Notes under the pieces: generated by a model
The model's input: the letters and a program-made list of their open reading frames with translations, nothing else
Told to the model about the DNA's origin: nothing
Database searches by the model: none
Shown here: positions 1 to 11,893 of the stretch, one piece after another
How the letters are laid out: each line of letters begins with the position of its first letter
Position numbering within the stretch: position 1 is the first letter of the stretch
Assembly: GCA_030390025.1 (NCBI GenBank)
Contig: CM059433.1
Location: 32,118,001-32,182,000 of the forward strand
Direction of reading: 5' to 3'
DNA: 64,000 nt
Source: Squalus acanthias
Lineage: Eukaryota
Program-made: the position numbers and the translations under genes

Positions 1-2100
1 CTCATAATTTAATTTTCCGCCATTAAGAAGGAATCTGGCGCCTCTTCTCAGCATCAACTCAAAGGCTTGAATGTTTCCTTTATGTCTTATTGACCAACAT
101 TAAACACAGTACTGATGCCACAGTGTGTTTAGGGCACTATAGATTTTTTTTTAAACTTTACAAGAAAACAAAAACAATAACACAAACATGAGTTACCCAA
201 CAAAGATATTGGTTTTCTGAGGTAGATTTTACAATTCATGCCCTTGGTGCAGAGATTCATACACCGGGAGCAGATGGTCCAACCCTAATGGATGGAAAAT
301 CAAAGCACAATGGCCTCAATTGGACAGATCACCGATGTGGGACGTTCTGTAACCTGGAGTTCCCAGCAGACAGTAGTGCTCACAGGGAATGTGGTTCCCC
401 ACTGGGAGCACTGGATCATGGAATCACCTGATATGTGCTCCCAGCGCTGAAGCTCCATGCTGCGAGCTTGACAGCCTTAATTTTACCCCTATTGTATTTG
501 GAGTCCTTGGACAATAGTGCCAAGCTATTTCTGTATGGCTACCTGCCTAGAAGTAACTCAAACTGATCATGAATCTATTGATATTTAAAACAGATCCTTC
601 TAATCAGCAACATCCCCCCTTTAAGTAGTTCAGGTCATGGAGCAGCCATTTTGGTTAGGTGCTCTTTTCTCATTCTATTGTATTCACGGTATCAGTCTGA
701 ACTGCAGCTTTAGTTCTTCAAAAGTAGCACTGGGACCTCAGCACAAACACCATTCAGGATGTTCTCATCCAACATTTACAACATGCAAAAACAAAAAGAG
801 CCTCTTTGAAGAGCAGGAGTTTTAAAAATGAAACATACAAAATTCTTACAGGGCTTGACAGGGTAGATGCAGGGAGGATGTTTCCTGTTCGCATGATGAC
901 AGTCAAAGCACAGTCTGGACCATAATGATTTAAGGTGGGTTGCCAGGTAACCAGTGACAGGTGGACACAGTCAGATAAATTTTCCAATCAGAACTATATT
1001 AATGCCCACATTAGCCGACTAATTTAAAACAGGGTAATGCGGGCATTAAATAACACTAATTGCTAAATCTAGGTTGGGGCGGGGGGTTCCCATTGGTCTG
1101 TGTATGCCAGTGCTATGCTCAAACCAGAGATAATAGCTTGGATGTTTAAACACTGGCTCTCGTAATGGCAAAGTAACTGCTCCTAGACTTGTTTCTGCTG
1201 CTTTAGCAGGATCAAAGACTGCACACAAAATGCCAGGGAGAGTTAAGCATGCTATATGCATTCTTGGGGATGTGAGTGATTTAAAGCGGCTGTTTCATCT
1301 TCCAAAGCTAAATAGGGCCTGTGACCTCACAAGAAACGGTACGCGTTTACTACTTACTTCCCTATAGGGAGAAAGAGAGTGCCTTGTGACCAATCTCACA
1401 TAACCCTCTCTTATAAAGAACAGTGTGTGGCACAGGGTGATCCAATAGGGGGGAAAAAATTATCTACAACTTTGACAGAACAAAGGACAGGAGTGCTATT
1501 TAGTGATTGGCTACCCACCCAAATGATCCACACAGTAGTCTGGAGATTGCTGGCGATGTGCTATTCAGGGGTAACCTGTGCCTTATAAAAATCTTTGGGA
1601 GTGACCGCCTGTGGGTTTTACACACGATTTTGCTGCTTTTGGTTCAAGACCTAAATGTGGACGACATCACCCATACGCCAGCCACCAGTGAAAAGGGAAA
1701 AGTGCTAATCCCGTTAGTTGCTATGAGGAGGATTTTAAATAGCTGAACTAGTAGTGTAAAGGCATAGGCAGCTATTTACTCAGCAAAACTTCAGTAGAAT
1801 TTGACAGTCTAGATTGAGGAAAGGCCAGACACTTCAACCCTAATGCAAGGGGTCTGGGAGAGCAGGCACACACACTGTGAGACTGAACACAACACCCCAC
1901 ACCCCTGCAATTACCTGGTGCACATGGTTGACTCTCATACTAGGATCGGCAAGTCTGGTTGGATGTATTCCTGGTGGTTTCATCACATGATCTCTCGCCT
2001 CTAACTGCCCCGCCTCCACACTCCCACCGTTGGGCGCCCGACACGTCCATCAATGCGACGCCCTGCCTTCCCTTGCCAAGTGTAAAGTGAACAGACAATT

Positions 2101-2605
2101 TGGCCTCGATATTAACCGCACCTCCGCCCCCCCCCCCCCGCCACACCACCCCAACCCCCGCCACGACAGGCAGGAGGAGGTCGGTGGGGGGAAGGGTTCA
2201 ACGCTTAAAAAAGGCAGAAGACGCTTGCCGCCGCTTTTTATAGGGCAGCACGTTGCGTACGGTGCAAGTCTCCCATCTTGGAGAGGCGGGACACTTCATT
2301 AACATGTTTAAATCAGGCTCTCACCGTGTAATTGGGAGCCTGATTTAAATTTAACATTGATCAGAGCTCAGGAAACTCAGCAGCAAAATGGAGACAGGAG
2401 CTGCCGGCTCCAGAAGGTAAGTGGTTTTTACAGCTCTCCTTGTGGGCCAGGAGGCGCAGGAGTGCTCCTCAATGAAGCCTTCGGCCACCCTTCTGCTGAT
2501 CGCGGCTTCTCTAGCCCCTGCTGCGAACACCGACCCACCCCACCCACCCCACAAGCCCCGACGTGCTGGCTGCTCCCCTCCTGCGATCACGGCTGGAAGT
2601 TCTCA
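2101..2605. mobile_element. Probable truncated Harbinger-type MITE
   Basis: Starts GGCCTCGATATTAAC, resembling the other TIRs. GC-rich with an internal palindrome TTTAAATCAGGCTC...GAGCCTGATTTAAA. No right TIR found. Confidence 0.45.
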
Positions 2606-3222
2606 ATGAAAATGAAAATAACATACCATTTTTTTTGAATGTCCCGATGATTTTTCTCCTGGATTTGTATGCAACAGTGCCCTGGAGATTAATCCTCAAT
2701 CCCGGGAGACTTCAAGCCAATCCTATAGGGTTGGTGACCCTATCTCATACAGGGCTCTCACAATACACAGCTCAACGATGTATAGACCCAGCAGTATCAC
2801 CTGAGCCTGCCAACACACATACCCCGTTCACTGAGAATCACTTTAAAGAAGTATTAGACTAGATGTTACACCCCACACATAATCCACCACTACAAAAAGG
2901 GGAAGCACTGTGGAAAAGCATAGCTATGTGATTCACTCATCAGTCAACGTATTCAATAATCTTCATGCATGTGATTGGGATATTGTGCTAAGAATGTCTT
3001 TGTGATTGAGTAGAATAATGTAGCACTGCAGCAAAAGATGGTAGTGGAGGGACTGTTAAGAACAGTTGCTGCAAGTGTTTTGGTAAGCAGTTTCTTTTAT
3101 ACACGTGTAAATTACTTAAAGTGGCAGATCAAGCGCTTAGCTAATTATATGTTGCAGTGTGCTTGACACACCAGTCTACCAGGTTGCACTAGTCCTTTAG
3201 AGCTAACTCCTTACCTTCACTG

Positions 3223-3426
3223 CCTCCGTCTTGAGCTAGTCATGCCTTTTGGATTCTGCTCTTCTTCCTCCATGGTTAAGCGGGGCAGCTGTTCCCCCTC
3301 ATGACTCAGCTTTTTCATGAGTAGGGTTGCCAACCCTCCTGGACTGTTTCCTGGAATTAAAGATTGAGCCTATCCATGGAGGAAGAAAAGCAGAATCCAA
3401 CAGGCATGACCAGCTCAAGACAGAGG
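3223..3426. repeat. 56-bp inverted repeat (3223-3278 / 3371-3426) with a 92-bp spacer
   Basis: The arms are reverse complements with about 5 mismatches. Confidence 0.85.
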
Positions 3427-4271
3427 GCTGCATATAGTGACAGCACAAGTCCCGGCCAGAATGGCGATGATTGGGTAATTCCCCCATCAATCATGCCTGG
3501 AGACCACACTGCTGGAAGTGACTGGGATTGATTTTACACACAGAATTTGTATTATGTAACTATCCTTCACTCACTGCATTTTGCTGGAGAAATAATTCTG
3601 CTGTACTCAGGAGAATCTGCTATAGTTTCGGTCATGAGTTCAGAGGCTCTGTTTGCTGTAGTTTATGAGTAAATAAAAAACACAAGTCCCGCCCTGCCTC
3701 TAATTCATTGGCTGACACAACGGCGTCAATAGTCACTCCGCTCTTTATAAATGAGTCTAGGCGGTCACAGTTAGCACACCATTTCATTATATCGTCCCAA
3801 AGTACTTTACAGCCAATTAAGTACTTTTGAAGTGTAGTCACTATTGCAATGTGTATTGAATTGTTAAGGGAGGAATTACACGAAGAAAGTCTTCATGTAA
3901 AGCTAAGTTGCTTCAAATTTTCTTTCCACGTTCTTTCTCTCACTTCATAATCTTCTAACAATATTTTTCTTTGCATCAGGAAATGGCTGGTAAACAACAA
4001 CAACTACTTGCGTTTATATAGCACCTTTAACACAGAAAAACGTCCCAAGGTGCTTAACAGAAGCGTTATCAAACAAAATTTGACACCGAGCCAAAGAAAG
4101 AGACATTAGGAGGTATCCAAATGCAGAGGTAGGTTTTAAGCAGTGTCTTCAAGGAGGAGAGAGAGGTGGAGAGGTGCAGAGGTTTGGGGAGAGAATTGCC
4201 GTTCTGATCTTGCCTGACCATCATCATCACTCAGTATCTGCTGGCCTAAGTGTTTACACCAAAAAGTCTAG

Positions 4272-5117
4272 GGGCTGGATTTTCATTGACCCGTGGAGTC
4301 GGGTTTGGAGGAGGAGGGGGGGGGTTAAAATTGCAGATTCGGGGGTCCCAACCCCATCCCGCCCCCAACCCGCCTCCATGTCAGTTTCGCTGGTGGCGGG
4401 TACCCGACCTGTGCTGGGACCCGACTCCCCGAGGAGGGAAGGGAATAGTGACAATTAACTGCCTGTTAACAGGTAGTTAACAGGCAGTTTTTTGCCGAAT
4501 CCCTATTTTGAAAGGTGAAATGTGGGCTTCCCGACAGGTGCCAACCATGCCAAGTTATCGGGGTGGACCGTGGGTCTGCAGGGGTTGGAGGGGTCGATAT
4601 GTCCGGTGGGCAGGTGAGTGATGGGTGCATGTGTGCAGAGGTAAGTGTGTAAGGTAAGTGCAAAGTGTGGGAAAAAGTTTTACTTACCTTAACTTCCTCC
4701 TGCAGGTGTCAGCCCTTCAGTTCTCGGGAGTCAGAAATCTCACTGGCACAGAAAGCAGAAAGGCCGTGGTGCTGTCAAAAACTGCAGCCTTCTGTTTTCT
4801 GTGCTGGAATGATTTCTAACTCAGCCTGAGAGGAAGGACTCAAGGTAGAAATCATATTGTCAGTGTTTGACAGCTTCACAGAGCTGTCAAACACTGATAT
4901 TTCATCTGTCAAAAGCTCTTGACAGATGAAATGTCAATCTGTGACGTCACCTGTTGCCGGGTGGCCCTTAATTGGTCTGCTGAGCTCACTGGGCGGGCTC
5001 AACAAGGTCAATCAAGGGAAAATACAATGGGTTGGCCACAAGTCGATGGAGGCGGGTCTACAAGCCAAAAAGTGGGATTCACGACCCCAACCCGACCCCA
5101 GTATCAAAATCCAGCCC
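4272..5117. mobile_element. Harbinger-type MITE, family A
   Basis: Perfect TIR GGGCTGGATTTT ... AAAATCCAGCCC, TSD TAG (4269-4271 and 5118-5120), non-coding. Confidence 0.85.
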
Positions 5118-5350
5118 TAGTTTTTTATTTACAAATGTTTCTCAAGTTATTTATATATAAGTTATGCTAAACCGTTATAAATCACCGGTTAAGCCTCAGC
5201 TGGAGTATTGTGTCCAATTCTGGGCACCACACTTTAAGAAGGATGTCAAGGCCTTGGAGAAGGTGCAGGGGAGATTTACTAGAATGGCACCAGGGAGAGA
5301 GAAACTTCAGTTATGTGGAGAGACTACAGAAGCTGAGGCTGTTCTCTTTA

Positions 5351-6610
5351 TGATGTGGAGATGCCGGCGTTGGACTGGGGTGGACAAAAATGAGAAGTCG
5401 CACAACACCAGGTTATAGTCCAACAGATTTATTTAAAATTACAAGCTTTCGAAGCTGTCGCCCCTTCCTCAGGTAGAGTTACTGTGAGACAATCTACCAG
5501 AATTCACAGAATATAAACACAGAGAAAATGCAGAGATTCAATCTTTCCCTACATCAAAGACATACTAAGAGCACAGCCAAGACAATGAGATGTGTCCCAG
5601 GGGGTCCAACGTGTCAAAACACCTGCTGGCTGCATATCCTCTCCATTTGGGTATGTTTCTTGTGTTTGTTTCTTGTGTTTGTTTTTTTAAAAAGCTGGAA
5701 AGACCGGCAACGATGTCAAGTCACGTTCTGTAGCGTGACATGAACCCGATAGCCCGATTGAGGCTGTCCTCATGAGTGCGGAACTTGGCTATCAGTTTCT
5801 GCTCGATGATTTTGCGTTGTCGTGTATCCCGAAGGCCGCCTTGGAGAACGCTAACCCGCAGATCCGAGGCTGAATGCCCTTGACTGCTGAAGTGTTCCCC
5901 GACTGGGAGGCAACCCTCCTGCCTGGCGATTGTTGCGTGGTGTCCGTTCATACGTTGTCTCAGTGTCTGCATGGTCTCGCCGGTGCAGTAAAGGATGCCC
6001 CAGAGCATGGTACATCGGCGAGACCATGCAGACACTGAGACAACGTATGAACGGACACCGCGCAACAATCGCCAGGCAGGAGGGTTGCCTCCCAGTCGGG
6101 GAACACTTCAGCAGTCAAGGGCATTCAGCCTCGGATCTGCGGGTTAGCGTTCTCCAAGGCGGCCTTCGGGATACACGACAACGCAAAATCATCGAGCAGA
6201 AACTGATAGCCAAGTTCCGCACTCATGAGGACGGCCTCAATCGGGCTATCGGGTTCATGTCACACTACAGAACGTGACTTGACATCGTTGCCGGTCTTTC
6301 CAGCTTTTTAAAAAAAAAACACAAGAAACAAACACAAGAAACAAACCCAAATGGAGAGGATATGCAGCCAGCAGGTGTTTTGACACGTTGGACCCCCTGG
6401 GACACATCTCATTGTCTTGGCTGTGCTCTTAGTGTGTCTTTGATGTAGGGAAAGATTGAATCTCTGCATTTTCTCTGTGTTTATATTCTGTGAATTCTGG
6501 TAGATTGTCTCACAGCAACTCTACCCGAGGAAGGGGCGACAGCTCCAAAAGCTTGTAATTTTAAATAAATCTGTTGGACTATAACCTGGTGTTGTGCGAC
6601 TTCTCATTTT
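5351..6610 (+). mobile_element. Penelope-like element: 5'-truncated GIY-YIG endonuclease end plus an inverted copy (1.2-kb palindrome)
   Basis: Peptide C..GCP.AWYIGET.QTLRQRMN.H...VGEHF...H...EQKLI.KF.T...GLN is a PLE GIY-YIG C-terminus, present on both strands. 11-bp TSD TGTTCTCTTTA at 5340-5350 and 6611-6621. Confidence 0.9.
5439..5476 (-). ncRNA. Minimal type I hammerhead ribozyme (Penelope-associated)
   Basis: Minus strand reads UAC-CUGAGGA-A-GGGGC(GACA)GCUUC-GAAA-GCU-U-GUA: intact core, stem II, and a palindromic AGCU stem III. Confidence 0.75.
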
Positions 6611-6979
6611 TGTTCTCTTTACAGCAGAGAAGACTGAGGGGTGACCTGATGGAGGACTTCAACATTATGAAAGGGTTTGATATTGTAGATGCAGAGAAGG
6701 GGCTCGATTTTGCCAGTGTGGGCTGGCTGGGGTGTGTCAGGTGGGATTCGTGTCAGGACCCCGACTCTGAAGTGAAGTGTTGAAAAATTCTGATTTTCCC
6801 CTAATTAGGCAATTGATTTCCAGCGTGTGGGAATCCCTGGCCCAATGAGTCTTTTCATACAGAAGGTCGCCTCCGATGACATCATCAATGCTGCTGGATT
6901 TAAGGTCTGCAAGCAGCCTTGCTTCTTCTGGAGACTGGAAACGCTTTGGAAATTGTATGAAGGACTTCATTTACCGACC

Positions 6980-8936
6980 ATGTCCACCAGCAAGCAAAAG
7001 TGTGCACCTCGCTTTGATGAGCCCTCCCTCCAAGCTCTGGTGCAGGGAGCAAGATCTAATAAGGAGGTGCTCTTCCCTTCCTCAGGGAGAAAAAAGCCAC
7101 CCCAGCAGACTAAAGCTGTGTGGCTGCAAGTGACCCAGGAGGTCAACTCCATATCAATGAGCCGCAGAACCTGGCTGCAATGCAGGAAGAGGTTTCATGA
7201 TCTTCTCCGCACAGGAAAAGTGAGTATGACTTTCCCATCACCCTCAATCTGATCCCCATCGCCTCTCATCACCAGCACTCTGCTTTGCCAACCTCTTCCT
7301 CCACATCCCACTTGACCCTTACATCCCTGCACCCTTACCCATTCCCTCTCTCTCTATGGTCACAGTCACTTAACTATTCGACCATTCAGCCTTCACACTC
7401 TCTATCACTGTGATGCAATGACAACAACTTACAACACACAGGGAGGGTCCTTTGTCTCCTTCTAAACATCTATGCTATGGATTCTCTACACTCACTCCTT
7501 CATTCTCACTCAAACTCCACTTGTATCCCTCATTGCAGGAAAAGAGAGCCCACAATAAGAGGGAAAGAGCCATGACAGGAGGAAGGCCACCCTTAGTAGC
7601 CCAGCTCACCGCCTGGGAGGAGGCGGCCCTGGAAATTGCCAGGATCGAGGAGGATTCCCAAGTGGGGGACGGACAGACGGGCGCATCACAGCAAGCTGGT
7701 GACAGAATAGTTTGGCATCTCTCTCATTGACATTGCATGAGTCACTGATAATGAATCTGATGATCCAACAGATTGACTTATGATCATCTGCACTATTCAA
7801 TGTGCATGTAACCTTGACCTCACATCTCTAACTCTTTCCTTTACTCCCCCACAGGACCATCAAAAGCCCCCGTCCCCACTGTCCAGGAGGAAGAGCCTGA
7901 GCTTCCAGACTCCTCAGAGGAAGTTGCAACCTCTGAGGGCGCAGCGTCAGCAGAATTCAGCGCACCCAGCACCAGCGCAGACACTCACACCTCGGTGGGA
8001 CCTTTGCGAGATAGAGTAGTGTTGGCATCTGGTGTATCACAGCTCACAAGTGAGCATCAGCAGATGGTGGAGACAGGGTCAGCAGTGGAGAGTCCTCGTC
8101 GGAGGGCGCAGGACTCTGCCAGCTCGGCTCAGCTGCATGTCGAACCTGTGCCTCCGGGTCCATCCAGGAGAGTGGTGCTGGAACTCCAGGAACAGGTGCA
8201 GGAGTCCCTGGCAGGTTTTGTCTCCAGGGTCGCTGCGAGTGTGGAACATGAGCAGAGCCTTTGTGGAGGCATTGGCGTATGAACGCATCACCGTGGAAAG
8301 GATGGCAACCTCCGTGGAAAAATGGCTAACTCCGTGGTAAGGCTGGCTACCGTAGAGGAGAGGATGGCTACGGTAGAGGAGAGGATGGCTACGGCCATGG
8401 AGGAGCTAAGTCGCCAGGGTCTTGAAAACATGGTCATTGTTCAGAATAGAATGACATCTCTTGAGGAGCGATGGTCAGCTATTGTGCAGAGAAACCAGAC
8501 CTTCATGGAAGTCCTCTGGAGTAGGACTTACAGTGCAGAAACGGGTCCTCATGACCCCCCTGAAATGCAGCAAGGTGCTGTCAAGTCACTTGCTAGCTCT
8601 GAAGTGGGGCTGACCCGTGAGAGGGATGTTGGTGGCAGAGAACAAGGAAGTGGGGGCTCCTCTCCAAGCGCTCACATGACCATGCCACTGCAGAGCCCGC
8701 GGTCAGAGCCCCACCAGAGTCCTTACCCAACTGAGATGGGCGTCTCAGCCCCTGCACAGCCACAGGAGCAGCAGACTGCTGGCGAGTCCGCACAGGTTCG
8801 CAACCCCAGAGGACACCCGCCAAAGGTGTCGAGGCAGGAGCAGCAAGAAAGTGAGCAAGGGGCCTCCACATCTGCTGAAGCCACAGGGGAAGCACCACGT
8901 AGGAGAACGTGTAAGAGGAAGATAAAGCACAAGTAG
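6980..8936 (+). pseudogene. Harbinger Myb/SANT-like DNA-binding protein gene, 3 exons (6980-7219, 7539-7698, 7855-8936), frameshifted in exon 3
   Basis: Exon 1 encodes a trihelix Myb/SANT motif (RF...L..LV...VLF...W.QV..EVN...RTW.QC.KRF.DL). GT-AG introns of phase 0 and 1 join in frame. A ~22-nt deletion near 8246 and a 1-nt loss near 8320 break the frame relative to the other copies. Confidence 0.85.
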
Positions 8937-9194
8937 TCACAAGGGTAGTCACTTGGGTGCTGTGATGTTTTGTATTTGGACCAGCCATCATTGTCATTGT
9001 ATTATAAACAGATTTGATGGCAAACTGTTGAAGTTGTGGCCTGTGTCATTTCGCAAATGGGACTTTCACATTGAGGGCTTAGGGCACCTTGCAATTGTCA
9101 GTATGGTGGTCAGAGTGATAGGGATCCGCAGGTTCTTGTCCATTGTGTATGCTCTGGTAAGAAGGTGCGAGACAAAAGTGTTTGCTTGTGCAGG

Positions 9195-9421
9195 CTCACC
9201 AAATCTGGCCAAGAGGAGTGCGTCCCTTGCATCCCGGGCAGCAATGTTGTCGTGCGCTGGCGCCTTCTGGCCTGTGCAGCTTCAGGTGGGTGTCTAGCAG
9301 CTTGGCGCTCCTGTTGATGTTCCTGCTGTTGGTGCTGCTGTTGTTCATGGTTCTGCTGCTGCCGCGGCTGGTCTTCGTCTGAATTTGATGTCCAGGAGGA
9401 AAGGAATTAAATGGTCACCAT
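9195..9421 (-). pseudogene. Putative Harbinger transposase stub (N-terminus joined to C-terminal AARDARDALLLARF), copy 1
   Basis: Convergent to the Myb gene, where the transposase sits in two-gene Harbingers. The C-terminal peptide resembles Harbinger transposase ends (from memory, not searched). No DDE core. Confidence 0.55.
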
Positions 9422-9995
9422 GCTTCTGCTATATGCCTCAGTTGAGGAAGCGCTCAGTCAAGGTGGGGAGTGGGGTTTCCCAGGAGGTCACACTGGAGAT
9501 GGGTGTCAGGCTCCAAACTTCCACAACAATGAGTAGGCCTGCTAAAAGTTCGCCCAGACCTGAGACAACAAAGCTTGCCACCTGCAAATGATCATCGGTG
9601 AAAACTCCTTTGTAATGGTGGAGCTGCAGCTGTTAGTAAGCAATCCAATTGTGAGGCCGCCAGGATTACCTGGCGTGTTCTAGAGGAGGCATGTACGATG
9701 GGGGAAATGTCTAAAAATCGGAAAGGCCTCTCAAAATGGGATAATAGAGGCAATTAAGTGGTTGTTAAGGGCCTTAAGGGCCTATCCCGCCTCTTGGAGG
9801 TGGGATGGAAACGGGGTCAGAAAACACGCATGTGGGAAAATTGCTCGGAGGCGGGATGGAGGCAGGATCGGGCCCACCCACCATTTTTTGCGATTTTACC
9901 ACCTCACACACCTCCAAACCTGCCTCCTCGTGCTTGGCGAAATTGAGCCCAAGATGTTTCCACTTGTGGGTGAGACGAGAATAAGGGCCATAAAT

Positions 9996-10200
9996 GTAAA
10001 AGCAACTGCGGATGCTGGAAATCTGAAATAAAAACAGAAAATGCTGGAAATACTCAGCAGGTCAGGCATCTGTGGAGCGAGAGGATATATTGATGGCGTT
10101 CTGATGAAGGGTCATCGACCTGAAACGTTAACTCTGTTTCTCTCTCCACTGATGCTGCCTAACCTGCTGAGTATTTCCTGCATTTTCTGTTTTTATTATA
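9996..10200 (+). mobile_element. Short non-coding Penelope-derived unit (inverted terminal repeat structure) with a hammerhead
   Basis: Inverted arms AATAAAAACAGAAAATGCTGGAAATACTCAGCAGG / CCTGCTGAGTATTTCCTGCATTTTCTGTTTTTATT. TSD GGCCATAAAT at 9986-9995 and 10201-10210. Confidence 0.75.
10098..10132 (+). ncRNA. Minimal hammerhead ribozyme, second family
   Basis: GUU-CUGAUGA-A-GGGUC(AUC)GACCU-GAAA-CGU-U-AAC. Confidence 0.75.
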
Positions 10201-10471
10201 GGCCATAAATATAAGATAGTCACCAATAAATCCAATAGGGAATTCAGGAGAAACTTCTTTACCCAGAGAGTGGTTAGAATGTGGAACTTGCTACCACAAG
10301 AAGTAGTTGAGGCGAATAGCATAGCTGCATTTAAGGGGAAGCTAGATAAGCACATGAGGGAGGAAGGAATAGAAGGATGTATTGATGGGGTTAGATGAAG
10401 AGGGGTGGGAGGAAGCTCATGTGGAGCATAAACACCGGCATGGACCAGTTTCTGTGCTGTAAATGCTTTGT

Positions 10472-10856
10472 AAGTTTAAGGGGAGATTTAATTGAGGTGT
10501 TCAAAATTATACGGGGCTTTGATAGAGTAAATAGGGAGAAACTGTTTCCACTGACAGGAGGGTCGATAGCCAGAAAACACAGATTTAAGGGTAATTGGCA
10601 AAAGAACCAGATGGGAGACGAGGAGAATTTTTTTTTACGTCGTGAGTTGTTGTGATCTGGAATGCACTGTCTGTAGGATGACGGTAGCTGATTCAATGGT
10701 AACCTTTCAAAAGGGAATTGGATATATACTTGAAAAAGAAAAATTTGCAGGGCTATGGGGAAAGAGCAGGTGAGTGGAATTAATTGGATAGCTCTTTCAA
10801 ATAGCCGACACAGGCACGATGGGCTGAATGGCCTCTTCTGTGCTGTGTGATTCTAA
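10472..10856 (+). mobile_element. CR1 3' fragment
   Basis: LRGDLIEVFKII.GFDRV..EKLFPL and a CR1 3' UTR. Confidence 0.85.
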
Positions 10857-11431
10857 GTATAGGACTGAACAAGTCCTAAGCAAGTCAAGCATGGATCAAT
10901 ACCACCAGTTTTTTTTCTTGGCATTGCAAAACAAAATAAATCACCGTTATTGTAGGTGCATAACTAATTAGGTCTTGCCAGCTCCTGTTCATTAAAGTTT
11001 TATTAAAGTTTATGTGCACACAGGAATATTTCTAATCTAATGCTGTCATTTTCTTCAACCCTAATTGCATTAAATTACTTATTTAAATACATGAATAGTG
11101 AAATAATCAGTTTCTAACTCATTTGAATGCATGGTTAAGAAATGAGCTTGCTATATGCTTCAATAATCCACCGCAGATAACATTTTATATATTTTTTAAC
11201 TTCTGAACAAAAACAAATTTTTTCAAGAACAAAACATATGCAAAGCAGCCGGTGATGTGCAAGAAGAGATCGTAGATATTATAGTCATTATTCATAACTA
11301 CAAGCAAAACAAAGACACGCAGAATGCTTCAGATACAAATAAATAATCGCATTCATTACACAATAGCAATTAAACAGACAGAATCATGCAAGTTAGAACT
11401 TTGGCTGATGAATTATTTCTGATAGCTTGTA

Positions 11432-11893
11432 CACATAGGAACATAGGAATTGGAGTAGGCTATTCAGCCCCTCGGGCAGGCTACGCTATTCAATGAGATC
11501 ATAGTTGATCTACCCCTCAATTCCATTTACCTGCCTTTGCTCCATGAACCTTTGATACCCTTACCTAACAAAAATCTATCGATCTCAGTCTTGAAAGCTC
11601 CAATTGACCCAGCATCCACAATCTTTTGGGGAAAAGAGTTCCAGATTTCTACTACCCTCTGTGTGAAAAAATGCATCTTGATTTCACTCTTGAATGGCCT
11701 AGCTTTAATTTTAAGATTGCATCCCCTTGTTCTTGATTTCCCCCACCAGAGGAAATAGTTTCTCTGTATCAAATCCTTTTAACATTTTAAACACCTCGAT
11801 CAGATCACCCCTCAATCTTCAGTACTCAAAGGAGTACAAGCCAAGTTTATGCAACCTGTCCTCATAATTTAACCCTCTAAACCCTGGTATCAT
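11432..11893 (-). mobile_element. CR1 3' fragment
   Basis: SRTRG.NLKI.ARPF..EI..HFFTQRVVEIWNS and a TTCCTATG tail. Confidence 0.85.

Larger units (their letters stand above)
6700..9950 (+). mobile_element. Non-autonomous PIF/Harbinger DNA transposon, copy 1 (Myb/SANT gene retained, transposase core deleted)
   Basis: TIRs GGGCTCGATTTTGCCA ... TGGCGAAATTGAGCCC (14/16). 3-bp TSD AAG at 6697-6699 and 9951-9953; removing the element restores the CR1 sequence GCAGAGAAGATGTTTCC. Contains a Myb/SANT gene. Confidence 0.9.
5150..10470 (+). mobile_element. CR1 3' fragment split into four pieces (5150-5350, 6611-6699, 9951-9995, 10201-10470)
   Basis: LEYCVQFWAPH...RRLRGDL...MFPLVGETR...NFFTQRVV reads continuously once the three insertions are removed. 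Confidence 0.85.

Noticed and set aside
130..1940. Old LTR element suggested by a minus-strand polypurine tract AAAGGGGGGA followed by TG at 612
   Set aside because: No second LTR, TSD or recognisable gag/pol peptide could be established.
5721..6277. Two 115-aa ORFs on opposite strands as a gene pair
   Set aside because: They are mirror images created by the Penelope palindrome. The N-termini are antisense read-through into a truncated GIY-YIG domain.
6827..7252. 141-aa single-exon Myb ORF from the ORF track
   Set aside because: The ATG shared by all copies is at 6980, and the ORF runs past the 7220 donor into intron 1. The real structure is spliced.
8293..8400. CRISPR-like or spacer-containing array
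   Set aside because: These are contiguous 21-bp coding tandem repeats with no spacers, in a eukaryotic context.
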